Assembly (NCBI GenBank): GCA_964468795.1
Contig: CAYXWL010000002.1
Coordinates: 5,459-69,458, forward strand
Direction: 5' to 3'
Origin: an uncultured Candidatus Saccharibacteria bacterium
GTDB taxonomy: Bacteria > Patescibacteriota > Minisyncoccia > Phycocordibacterales > DATDWN01
Length of the DNA stretch: 64,000 bases
Under the pieces are notes generated by a model. It did not search any database. It saw only the letters and a list, made by a program, of their open reading frames with translations, and was not told the origin of the DNA. The translations under genes and the position numbers were made by a program. Of this stretch, positions 37,620 to 47,941 are shown in pieces. Position 1 is the first letter of the stretch; every line of letters begins with the position of its first letter.

Positions 37620-38903
37620 ATGAAAAAACATATTATAATAGCAACATATGATGGAATAGGTACTCATTATTCAGGTGTTGGTACAATTGCAAAAAATATC
37701 ATATCTTCTCTAACTGATATATCAAATAGTTTAGATATGAAAGTTAGTATTGCTTATATTAATATTGATAAAACATCAAAAGTATTTAATAAAGACTGTT
37801 TTGAGGCAGCAAATAATCTTGTAAATAAAACTGGCGGGCAGATGATACCTTTGTGTAATTCTACTAAAGGTCAGAGTGAATGGGATATGTGGAGAAGTTT
37901 TAATGAATGGAATTTTTCTTGTGTATCTCTCGTTACAACCTTGAATTTGCTTCTAAAAGAGGATGAGGATAATGTCATTATTTTAAATGACACACCTTTT
38001 TTATTTTTTGCTAAGTATAGAGATTTAGTTACAGTTAAGAATTTGAAATGTTTTTATTTTCCACTCAGTACTGGTAAAAACCATGCTTTTGGTGATGAAG
38101 ATTGGAGAAATAATAGAATAAGAGTTGAAAAAAAATGTTTCGAACTAATTGAGTTAGAAAAGGATTCGAAAGTAATATCTCTTGGTAAAAAATTTGCAGA
38201 ACGCATGCACGAAGATTACGGACTTAATTTTAATGAAAAAGATTATTTACAAAATGGTTTATGTTTTGAAAAGTACAGGGATTTTCTTGATGAAAAATTT
38301 AATAACAAGGATCTTCTAAAATTTGGAATAGATATTAGTGAGGACAAAAAAATAATCTTTGCATGGGGGCGATGTTCTACTGCTAAAGGTTTTAAAGAAT
38401 TGGCACAGGCTTGGGTTCTTGCACACATAAGCCTACCAGATCATTTTTTAGTTTTGCAAATACCGAATAATTCTGGAGAGAATGAATATTTTCAAGAAGT
38501 AAAAAATATCTTAAGTGATATACCTAGAGTCATAATTATTGATGATTTTAATCCAAGTATTTGGAAAACAATCTTGAGAAATAAAAATACAGATGTTGTG
38601 TGTATACCTTCACTAATGGATCCATTCCCTCACACCTCAATTGAAGCAAAACTTTTTTCAAAGGATATGAATTATATAACATTGATTAGTGATGTTGATG
38701 GAGCAGTAGACGCCTTTGAAAAGGATGAGTGCTTTTATGTTGATCCCAGAAACAGTGATCAATTTTCTAAAAAGATAATTGAAGCAGTAAATCTAAATTA
38801 CTCTGAGAGGAGAAAACTAATTGAAAGAAGTGACAAAACTAGGGAAAAATTTAATTTTCATAAAATAATGTCCTCTTTCATCAAAGATAATCTTAATTGG
38901 TGA
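37620..38903 (+). CDS. GT-B (GT4-like) glycosyltransferase
   Basis: WGRCSTAKG and PSLMDPFPHTSIEA. Confidence 0.75.
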   Translation: MKKHIIIATYDGIGTHYSGVGTIAKNIISSLTDISNSLDMKVSIAYINIDKTSKVFNKDCFEAANNLVNKTGGQMIPLCNSTKGQSEWDMWRSFNEWNFSCVSLVTTLNLLLKEDEDNVIILNDTPFLFFAKYRDLVTVKNLKCFYFPLSTGKNHAFGDEDWRNNRIRVEKKCFELIELEKDSKVISLGKKFAERMHEDYGLNFNEKDYLQNGLCFEKYRDFLDEKFNNKDLLKFGIDISEDKKIIFAWGRCSTAKGFKELAQAWVLAHISLPDHFLVLQIPNNSGENEYFQEVKNILSDIPRVIIIDDFNPSIWKTILRNKNTDVVCIPSLMDPFPHTSIEAKLFSKDMNYITLISDVDGAVDAFEKDECFYVDPRNSDQFSKKIIEAVNLNYSERRKLIERSDKTREKFNFHKIMSSFIKDNLNW

Positions 38904-39643
38904 TGAAAATTAGACTTAATAATGTAACATTGCTGGGGATAGATTGTGTTAACCCAAAACAACTGTTAACTGCAATTAATATTTCTACAAGTAAGATAGA
39001 TTTTGAGTCTGTTAAGATTTTATCATCAGAGAATATTAATGATAGTAGACTAGTGAAAATTCCAAAGATATCCTCCATGCAAGAGTATTCGTTGTTTTGT
39101 TTAAAAGATTTGTATAAATATGTCGAAACAGATTTTGTTCTACTTATTCAATGGGACGGATTCATCCTAAATCCAGAAAGTTGGACTGATGAGTTTCTAA
39201 ATTACGACTACATTGGCGCACCCTGGGTCGTAAAAGATTGGTCTATAAATGATTTTGGATTTCCAGAAAAATTGAGGGGCACACGCGTTGTTGGTAATGG
39301 AGGTTTTTGTATTAGGAGTAGAAAATTTCTTGAAGTTTCGTCTAGGTTATATAAGTATAAAATATTCAAAACTTATCATCCAGAAGATATAGCGGTGAGT
39401 GTTTGGTATAGAGATTTATTTATTAAAGAAGGGATCAAGTTTGCTCCTGTAGAATTGGCTAGAAAGTTCGCTATTGAAGGAGGTGATGATGTGTACCACA
39501 ATCAATTTGGTTTTCATGGGTTTTACACAGATTTGGACAAATGGATGAATGAAAATAAGCAATATATGAATGTTGTTCAGTCTTATTATGATTTTAAAAA
39601 GAATATAAAAAAATATTGGAAGCCTGATGAAATAGTAATTTAA
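38903..39643 (+). CDS. DUF5672-like glycan-associated protein
   Basis: IQWDG, YDYIGAPW, VGNGGFCIRS, PED, FGFH. Confidence 0.8.
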   Translation: MKIRLNNVTLLGIDCVNPKQLLTAINISTSKIDFESVKILSSENINDSRLVKIPKISSMQEYSLFCLKDLYKYVETDFVLLIQWDGFILNPESWTDEFLNYDYIGAPWVVKDWSINDFGFPEKLRGTRVVGNGGFCIRSRKFLEVSSRLYKYKIFKTYHPEDIAVSVWYRDLFIKEGIKFAPVELARKFAIEGGDDVYHNQFGFHGFYTDLDKWMNENKQYMNVVQSYYDFKKNIKKYWKPDEIVI

Positions 39644-39712
39644 TCCAGTAAAACATTATTAGATAGAAAATCAAGAAATCTAAAAACATTTTTACTGTGT
39701 TATAATACTAAA

Positions 39713-40459
39713 ATGATTTTTCGGTGGTCCATTTGGGGTGATCATATTTCAAAAAATATAGAGCTACTGCAGTACAGCATAGCTTCTTTTCAGAAGTATT
39801 TTGGAAACAATAACCAATACATTATTTATACAGATAATATAGAGTTTGTTACAAAGTATTTTGATTCAAGTATAATTGTAAAACTCTTTTTACAAGACTC
39901 CGTATTTTTTTTAAAATCAAAAGCTACGTGGATGAAATGGTGTCCAAGTGTAAGGTTAGATTTAAGGGAAACGGAGGTATATGTAGATTCAGATGTTTTC
40001 CTTTTAAAATATCCGAAAGAAATTGATGGTTTTATAAATGATCCACAGTTGAAATTTGCAATAATGGATGAATTTAATGGGCAGTCCTGGCAACATGGTG
40101 CAATGGCACGTAAATCAACAAATCAAACTCCTTTTGTTAATGCTGGTTTTTTTATTCAGAAATCAGGTTGCGACATAACACAAGATTTACTAAGTGAATT
40201 TGAGTGGTGGAAGCAAAATGTGCCAACAAATGAACAAACTCATCATGATGAGCAAGGTGCATTAGCAGTAGCACTTACAGACCATTTAATTAATGGTGAA
40301 TTGTGTATTTTACCAAAAGATAAGTATGTGCTAATTGGTCCAAATGAAAATCAGGAAATAAAAAACCTCGAAAATATTACTATGTTTCATGCTGTATATC
40401 CGGATCATCCAGCCTTCTACAAATTCAAGAATTATCTTGATGATTTACTAAAAGAGTAA
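39713..40459 (+). CDS. Putative GT-A glycosyltransferase
   Basis: YVDSDV (DxD), VNAGF, DEQG. Confidence 0.65.
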   Translation: MIFRWSIWGDHISKNIELLQYSIASFQKYFGNNNQYIIYTDNIEFVTKYFDSSIIVKLFLQDSVFFLKSKATWMKWCPSVRLDLRETEVYVDSDVFLLKYPKEIDGFINDPQLKFAIMDEFNGQSWQHGAMARKSTNQTPFVNAGFFIQKSGCDITQDLLSEFEWWKQNVPTNEQTHHDEQGALAVALTDHLINGELCILPKDKYVLIGPNENQEIKNLENITMFHAVYPDHPAFYKFKNYLDDLLKE

Positions 40460-40497
40460 GTTCAAAATTTTCGTTATAAATGTTACAATCGAACAAT

Positions 40498-42189
40498 ATG
40501 GATCGTAGTAAAATTGCTATTCTCATGTCGGTGAGAAATGAGGAATCATATATTGATCTAAATATTTCCTATCATCTGGATTTAGGTTTTGATTACATAT
40601 TTATTGCTGATCATTGTTCAACTGATAAAACTCAAGAAATACTTAATTCATATAAAGATAATTCGAGAGTAGTTGTGATCCAGGAAACAAACCCAATTTT
40701 TGATCACGCAAGAATTGCAAATAATCTCTTGAGCTACGCAAAGTCAAAATATAGAATAGATTGGTTCATTTTTTTAGATGTTGATGAGTTTCTTTCAATA
40801 AAGGAAAAAGATGTGCATGACTTTGTTGATAGATTAGAAAAAAACAATATTCCATATGCAACTATTGGTTGGGCGAATGCTCTTTTTGATTATACTTTCA
40901 AAGATTATACTTGTTCTCCAACTCACCCTGTGGATACAACAAAATATTTTTATCCTTGGCCAGAAAAAACTTGGCAAGAGTATGGACATTTTAGAAAAGC
41001 AATTGTTAAAAATCACGACAAAATGGAAATAGTTGTTGGTGGTCATTATGTTCGTACGGAAAATAATCCAGATTTTTTTGGAGTATACAATTGGAACCCT
41101 TTCATTGTTCCTCCACATGAAGCTAAATTATTACATTTCGAATTTCGCGGGAAGGCTGATGAAATATATGGGAAATGGAAAAAACTTGCAGAATTTGAGA
41201 ATGACTCAACCTCAAGCCAGAATGCACCTTGGATGGAGAGGATCGAGACGATTAGAGGCTATGTTAAGGAATTTGAGGGTCATCTTGAGAAGATAAATAA
41301 AAGATGGTTTTCAGAGCACAGGACTTTTTGGGGGACAATCATTACTGACGATAAAATTAGTTACGATACTACCTTAGTTAAGTGGTATGGGAAATATTTG
41401 AAAAGAAAGATAGAGAATGGAGAAATTAGATCAATGTGTTTAGTGAGGAGGGGTCATTTGGGAGATGTTATTATGACTGAACCTGTTGCACGATTTTTAT
41501 CTAGCTATGCTAATGATATATCATTGGTAACTGAAATAAAGGAAGCTAGTAAAATATTTAATACTTACAGCAAGGTATACCCTTTTGATGATCTTGTTAC
41601 TGGTAAAATTCGTGCAGATGCTGTCATTAGACTTGTGCATGAAAGAAGTGACAATAAAAAAACATATATACAAGGATATATGGAGTCTATTGGTTTTTCT
41701 GATACAAAGATTAATGATATCCCGCTCATTTCCGATTCGTGGAAAAAAATTGTTGATGAAGAATACATTCTTATTGCACCTCATACAAGTTTGTGGGAAG
41801 AAAAAAAGAGGAATTGGGGTTATGATAAGTTTGTTGAGCTTAAACGTTTGATTGAAAAGGAATTTAACATTAAGTGTGTAATTCTAGAGAAAGACTATTC
41901 TTTTTCAGATATGATGTCACTCATTAAACATTGCAAATTTATTGTAGGAAATGATTCTGGACCAACGGTTATTGCACAGAGTTTTAATAAGAAATCATTT
42001 ATAATTTTCGGTGCAACTCACCCAAAGTATTTACATTTATCAGAAAATGTGGTATCAATATACGATAAAGATCGTCATAAACTTTGTTCTCATGTAAGTA
42101 GAGAAGAAGAAATGAGATGTTGTGAAGAGTTTTGTATGGATAGAATTAGGGTTCCTGATGTTTTGGATACAATCAAAATAAATATATGA
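40498..42189 (+). CDS. GT2 + GT9 (heptosyltransferase-like) fusion
   Basis: VRNEE...DHCSTD...LDVDEF; C-terminal HLGDVIM, VGNDSGP, FGAT. Confidence 0.82.
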   Translation: MDRSKIAILMSVRNEESYIDLNISYHLDLGFDYIFIADHCSTDKTQEILNSYKDNSRVVVIQETNPIFDHARIANNLLSYAKSKYRIDWFIFLDVDEFLSIKEKDVHDFVDRLEKNNIPYATIGWANALFDYTFKDYTCSPTHPVDTTKYFYPWPEKTWQEYGHFRKAIVKNHDKMEIVVGGHYVRTENNPDFFGVYNWNPFIVPPHEAKLLHFEFRGKADEIYGKWKKLAEFENDSTSSQNAPWMERIETIRGYVKEFEGHLEKINKRWFSEHRTFWGTIITDDKISYDTTLVKWYGKYLKRKIENGEIRSMCLVRRGHLGDVIMTEPVARFLSSYANDISLVTEIKEASKIFNTYSKVYPFDDLVTGKIRADAVIRLVHERSDNKKTYIQGYMESIGFSDTKINDIPLISDSWKKIVDEEYILIAPHTSLWEEKKRNWGYDKFVELKRLIEKEFNIKCVILEKDYSFSDMMSLIKHCKFIVGNDSGPTVIAQSFNKKSFIIFGATHPKYLHLSENVVSIYDKDRHKLCSHVSREEEMRCCEEFCMDRIRVPDVLDTIKINI

Positions 42190-43205
42190 CTGACTCAGAA
42201 ATGAAAATAAAATTATCCTATATAACAGGTTTGAAGCCTGTGGTTTTAGATGAATTAAAAAAAATTAATTTTGAAATAATTAGTGAAGATACCGATTCAT
42301 TTTTTATCGAATTTTCAGAAAAGGTCATACAACAAGTAAAAAAGCTAAGGAGTGTAGCTCGTGTGTATCTAGTTATGCAAGGCGATACATATCACCCGAC
42401 ATATATTTCAAACCATAAGTCCGTTTTAGCTGGTCTTATTAATATGGTTATTGAGTACTATGACTTCAAGACATTCAAAATTAGCTGTGCCGGGTCTGAT
42501 TCGCCTGAAGTTAGAAGTATTGCAAGATATATACGAGATACCTATATACTGGAGGAAAATGACGAGGCAGACTTAAAGATACATATTATAAAACTAGATA
42601 GTGGTTGGGAGATGGGTGTACAAATAACCCCACGTCCTCTTTCAGTGAGAGATTATAGAGTTGTTAATATGAGTGGAGCAATGGATCCAACAATAGCATA
42701 TGCAGTAAATTCTTTTTGCAATCTTGATTCAGCACATTCGTATTTGAATATATTTTCGGGCAGTGCAACTTTATTAATTGAGGCGGGACAATGTTATCCA
42801 AACTTGAACAAATTACTTGGTTTTGATAATGAAAAGAAACATCTGTCCTTGTCTGTTCAAAACATTAAAAAGGCAGGTCTTATAGAAAGAGTTCAAGTGA
42901 AGGAATTGGATATTTTTGATAAGCCAGACCTAGGTAAATTTGATGCTATTGCCTCTGATTTACCTTTCGGTATGTCAATTTTAAAAGGTGAAGATCTAGA
43001 AAAACTATACGAAACTTTTATTCAATATTGTGAGGATGTGTTAAATACTACTGGTAGATTGGTTGTCTATACTAGCGAATATGAAATCATTGAACCTATT
43101 CTACTTAAGTCTAAATTCAAAATAATTCAGTCATTACAGTTAAAATTTATAACTAATGTAGATGCGTATTTAAGACCCAAGATAATTGTTTGTGAATTCA
43201 AATAA
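42186..43205 (+). CDS. SAM-dependent methyltransferase (UPF0020/Trm14-like)
   Basis: PLSVRDYR...GAMDPTIA, FSGSATLLIEA, DLPFG. Confidence 0.78.
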   Translation: MTDSEMKIKLSYITGLKPVVLDELKKINFEIISEDTDSFFIEFSEKVIQQVKKLRSVARVYLVMQGDTYHPTYISNHKSVLAGLINMVIEYYDFKTFKISCAGSDSPEVRSIARYIRDTYILEENDEADLKIHIIKLDSGWEMGVQITPRPLSVRDYRVVNMSGAMDPTIAYAVNSFCNLDSAHSYLNIFSGSATLLIEAGQCYPNLNKLLGFDNEKKHLSLSVQNIKKAGLIERVQVKELDIFDKPDLGKFDAIASDLPFGMSILKGEDLEKLYETFIQYCEDVLNTTGRLVVYTSEYEIIEPILLKSKFKIIQSLQLKFITNVDAYLRPKIIVCEFK

Positions 43206-43207
43206 AT

Positions 43208-43960
43208 ATGGAAGAGGTTGATCTAAGAAAATTTTTAGAAAAATACAGAGATAGTAGGGTTGATTTTTACCGTTTCCCGGGAAATTATGGAGATTCACTA
43301 ATCTGGCATGGTACAAAAATACTACTAAATAAACTTAATATCATTGAAGATTACGTTGAAATATCTTCTCAAAAAAAGAATAACGTACTATTTATAGACG
43401 GTGGAGGTAATTTTGTTGATTATTATTCAGATGTAAAAAATTTCTTAATTGAGAAAAAAGATTTGTACAAGGAAATAGTCATCTTACCTCATACTATTTT
43501 TGGTAATAAGCAGATTGATATTCTAAATAGTTTGTCTGGTGATATTACAGTGTTTTGTCGTGAAAAAACTTCTTTCAAATTTGTAAAGGAAAATTTTACC
43601 AAAGGGAATATTTTTTTATGGCATGATTGTGCTTTCTATAATTCTTTTCCAAAATCAACATCTGGAACTGGGGCGCTTAATGCTTTTCGATCAGATATGG
43701 AATCTACTCTTAATGAATTACCCCATACAAATGAAGACATATCATATAATGGATATGCTACAAAACCTCTTGATGAGTTCATTAATATATTAAATAAATA
43801 CGAGCAAGTTAATACAGACAGGTTGCATGTAGCCATATGCGCTACACTTCTTGGAAAGCAGGTAAAATTATTTCCAAATTCGTATTATAAAAACAAGGCA
43901 GTTTTTGATTATTCTTTAAAAAAATTCCCTAATATAATTTTTGTTGATAAAATATCCTAA
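43208..43960 (+). CDS. Polysaccharide pyruvyl transferase family protein
   Basis: GNYGDSLI, GGGNF, CRE, TDRLH. Confidence 0.88.
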   Translation: MEEVDLRKFLEKYRDSRVDFYRFPGNYGDSLIWHGTKILLNKLNIIEDYVEISSQKKNNVLFIDGGGNFVDYYSDVKNFLIEKKDLYKEIVILPHTIFGNKQIDILNSLSGDITVFCREKTSFKFVKENFTKGNIFLWHDCAFYNSFPKSTSGTGALNAFRSDMESTLNELPHTNEDISYNGYATKPLDEFINILNKYEQVNTDRLHVAICATLLGKQVKLFPNSYYKNKAVFDYSLKKFPNIIFVDKIS

Positions 43961-45276
43961 ATACTTACTATTTTATTAGCTAAGGTGATCTTACTCCTTA
44001 TGCATGAAAGTAATTCTCTCTTCTCAATATTAGAAGCTTCTTTGAGTACATACTTTGCATAATTTCTGATATCTATATCTTTAACCTCGATTTTTTCTTT
44101 AGTTCCAAGAATGACTCTCTGGAATTTTTTCACTCTTTCTACTTCAGCTTTAATTTTTTCTTTTATACCTATCTCATTAAGATCAATTTTATCCATAAGT
44201 AATACAAATTGTTCAATCAAATCTTCCTCATTTATGTACCCAGACTTACAATGCTTATCTTTAAATTTTGTGCATCCATAATAAACATAACGATGTACAT
44301 TTCCATTCTTCTGTTTCTTAAACTTCTCGTCAGCAGTAATACCAGACCCACATAAACCACAAGTCATAAGTTTGGTAAAAGCAAACTCTTTATCTTCAAC
44401 TCGAATAACTTGTCCGTTTATCTGAGTTTGAACTTGATCAAATAATTCTTTGGTTATCAGAGGTTCGTGTATGCCTTTGTACCAAAGACCGCTTTTCTTC
44501 GGAAACTCAAAAGTTCCGTAATAAAAATCACTTTTTAAAATTAAATATATATTACTCAGTGTTAAGCCTTTATTTCCATTTGGAGTTTTAAAATTGAGTT
44601 CAAATTTCAGCCAATGGTATAGTTTCTTTCCTGTCCATTTCTCGTAAGCAACTTTCTCAAACATTTTTCTAATGATGTGGCCTCGTTCTGGATCAATGTA
44701 CACATGACCTTTACGATCAGCCCTCATTTCATTTAAATAGCCCATAGGGGCTGGTGCAGGCCATAGACCCATCTCACATCTAGTTCTCAGTCCACGCTTA
44801 ACATTGATACTTTTATTGTCGTTCTCAAGTTTTGCATGAGATCACAAAATCATGAGTAGAAACTTTTCGTTTGGTGAATTCTGGAATGACTGACCATAAG
44901 TTCTAATTTGATGTAGTTTCTTTTCGTCCATTAAATCCACAAGAGTTCCAAGGTCACCAGCATTTCTACTTAAACGGTCTGGTGCCCATGTCAAAATACC
45001 TGTGTATCTTCCAGAATTGAGATCACGGATAAGTTCATTAAACACAGGTCTTTGTCCTGATGCTTTGGCAGAATAAGATTCACGTCTAATATCAATTATT
45101 TCAAGATTTTCTCTTTCAGCGATTTGTAGCATTTCTTTTACTTGAGAATCAATTGAGAGCGCTTGTTTCTCGTCAGATTCAGTTGATTTTCTAGCATAAA
45201 GACAATATCTGACTTTATCTACTGGAACTGCATCTGGTGCCCATATTTGAGCCCCTCTGTTTATTACTGCTTCCAT
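43957..45276 (-). pseudogene. Large serine recombinase with one in-frame TGA (44842-44844)
   Basis: YARKST, DRLSRN, zinc ribbon; the two track ORFs are in frame; LMIL*SHAKLEND vs LMILCSQAKLEND in the paralog. Confidence 0.88.
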
Positions 45277-45318
45277 ACCTATATTGATGACGCAATGGTT
45301 CTGGGAGTCAAGGAGATA

Positions 45319-45894
45319 TTAAGTATCTTTGTCCACATCTGGATCCATCATTTTATCAACCTCTCCCTCTTTCTCGGTATCGATTTTCCACTCTATATAT
45401 GAGGCATTAAATATATCTATTAGATTTTGTTCATCATTACAGAACACCTTAATAAATGGTTCAAATATTTGGTAAGCAATATCTGCCTCAAAGTTTTTCT
45501 CTAAATCGTAAATAATTGAAAACATAGTTTCAAAGTTGTGACCTTTCTTAACTGGTTTACTCACTATGTCAGAATCTCTAGTTAATAGAGAACTATAATG
45601 TTTACCTTTTTCTTTCTGCATATATCTAGAATCATTATGAGACAACCAAAAGGTTGCAGACTTATGTTCTCCTCTTTGAACTCCTTTTATAATTACAGTT
45701 TCAGCAGATCCATTAATTGCTTCTCGTCCAACAAATAAAGCCATGACAACTTTTTTGTTAAATGTTGGGTGTCGCATAATCCATCTATAGAATGTGCTGT
45801 GGTCTATTCCAACTTTATTACAGACATACCGAACATTAGGAATTACTTCCAATTCCTTAACAATTCTTTTGGTTATGTCATCTCCATATCGCAT
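45319..45894 (-). CDS. TerS-like HTH protein
   Basis: VCNKVGIDHSTFYRW...FWLSH aligns by eye to 61088-61498 (ACEKTGLSRNSVYRW...FWLRH). Confidence 0.7.
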   Translation of the reverse strand: MRYGDDITKRIVKELEVIPNVRYVCNKVGIDHSTFYRWIMRHPTFNKKVVMALFVGREAINGSAETVIIKGVQRGEHKSATFWLSHNDSRYMQKEKGKHYSSLLTRDSDIVSKPVKKGHNFETMFSIIYDLEKNFEADIAYQIFEPFIKVFCNDEQNLIDIFNASYIEWKIDTEKEGEVDKMMDPDVDKDT

Positions 45895-45896
45895 GG

Positions 45897-46652
45897 TTAG
45901 TTTATCTTACGAGCTTTGTCGCCAGTAAACATTTCGTACCTTTTAATTATTAGATCTACAAAGACAGGATCGATTTCGACCATAAAACATTTTCTTTTTA
46001 GCTGGTGAGATGCAATTAGTTCTCCACCACTACCACCAAAAAGTGAGAGGATATTATCTCCAATTTTTGTACACCGTTTGATTGGCTTATCATGAAGAGT
46101 GATAGGTTTCTCTGTTGGGTGTTCGTATAGATTTCCGGATAATCTTCGAATAGCCCAAACATCAAACATTTCCATGTAGTTTTCAATCATCTCATTGCCT
46201 GTCCCAATATCTTTATTTAATACTTCATCATAATTTCTATGATGTGGAGAAAGATAAGGTTTTCCTTTTGTCCCATAAACACAGGGTTCATAGACTTTTG
46301 AAAATGCTACCTGTGGTGTGGGATTTGCTATTCCTTTTAACCAAATACAGATTCTCTTAAAATCAATACCGATTTCTTTATATATGGAAGCAATCAGTGG
46401 TGTATATGTTTGGTCGCAGTAATAGAAGAAGTGGGCACTGGTATTTGTAACCGAGAAGGCATTACTGATTGTTTTCTTCAGAAACTCCTCATAGTCTTTA
46501 TCGTTTTTATTATCAGTACTAGAACCACCATAGTTTTTAGTGCCACCAATACCGTTTTTGTAGGAAAGGTTAATATTGTAAATTGGGTCACAGTAAACCA
46601 TATCAATTTTCTCCTTACCAACAACTTTCTCAAAGATAGTATCACTTGTAGA
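45897..46652 (-). pseudogene. 5'-truncated DNA methyltransferase (N4/N6 type)
   Basis: DPIY, HPTEKP, FGGSG; lacks the ParB-like N-terminus present in 61485-62768. Confidence 0.85.
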
Positions 46653-47880
46653 ACAAGCACAAAAAGCTAAAGCTCCAACTCAAGAATTTATCGATAGTTT
46701 CGCAAAATATTACACACCATCAGTTGTTGTTATTGCTGCAATTATTGGTATAGGAATACCACTCCTTACTGGAGATGTATTCACTCTTTGGCTTGAGCGT
46801 GCAATAACACTTCTTGTTATTGCGTGTCCTTGTGCACTTGTTATCTCTACACCTGTAGCGATTACTTCAGCAATAGGTGGAGCATCAAAAAAAGGAATTC
46901 TAATGAAAGGAGGTAAGCATCTTGAAGAACTTAAAAATGTTCGGGTAATTGCTTTCGATAAAACTGGAACTTTAACTCTTGGAGAACCTTACATTTCTGA
47001 TGTTATTGCTTTTAATGGCTTTACTGAAAAGGATGTTCTTGAGGATGCTGCAGGTGTTGAACAATTTTCTTCTCACCCTCTATCTAAAAGTATATTAGCT
47101 TTTGCAAAAGAAAAAGGTATTAGTCCTCACACAATGCAAAATTATCAAAATATTTCTGGTAAAGGAGGAAAGGCGACCTGTATGGTATGTGACGATCTCG
47201 AACATTGTGTAGGTAATTTAAAACTTATGGATGCTCATGATATTTCAACTGAAGAAATACTTGAGAAAACAGAAAAATTTGAACGAGAAGGAAAAACGGT
47301 GGTTTTGGTAAGTGAAGACAAAAAAATAATGGGCGCATTGGCAATTTCAGATAGAATTCGCAATGAAGCCAAAGATACTATCAGTAAACTTAACTCTCTT
47401 GGGGTACAAACAGTAATGCTTACTGGAGATAACCAACATGCCGCTTCGTTTGTTGCAGAAAGTTTGGGAATTAAAGAAGTTTACGGATCACTTCTTCCAG
47501 ATGAAAAGGTTCAAAAAATTCAATTGCTTAAAGATAAGCATAATTCAGTGGCAATGGTTGGAGATGGTGTAAATGATGCTCCATCTTTGGCTCTATCAAA
47601 TGTTGGTATTGCCATGGGTGCAAGAGGATCAGATGTTGCGATTGAAACTGCGGATGTTGCTCTAATGAATGACAATATTTTGAACATTCCAGCAATGGTG
47701 GAGTTAAGCAAAAAGACAATAAAAACTGTTAAGCAGAATGTAACGGCAGCTCTTGTGGTAAAAGTTGCTTTTGTTGTCCTTGCAGTGTTCGGTATCTCCA
47801 ATCTTGGTATCGCAATTGCTGCCGACACCGGAGTGGCGATACTCGTTATCTTAAATGGATTAAGGCTATTTAAGGCCTAA
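46621..47880 (+). pseudogene. 5'-truncated P1B ATPase (ZntA/CadA-like)
   Basis: Open frame from 46597 with CPC, DKTGT, SSHP, GDGVNDAP; no start codon, A-domain or first TMs. Confidence 0.85.
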
Positions 47881-47941
47881 AAATAAGGCTAAATAATGGG
47901 TTGAAATTAGGGGTCTTTTTGGGTACAATTGGGGCTCCCTC

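Noticed and set aside
44842-44844. Selenocysteine or TGA=Gly recoding
   Set aside because: TGA ends normal genes in this window (e.g. 38903, 42189); no SECIS or sel genes seen; a nearby Q-to-H change suggests decay
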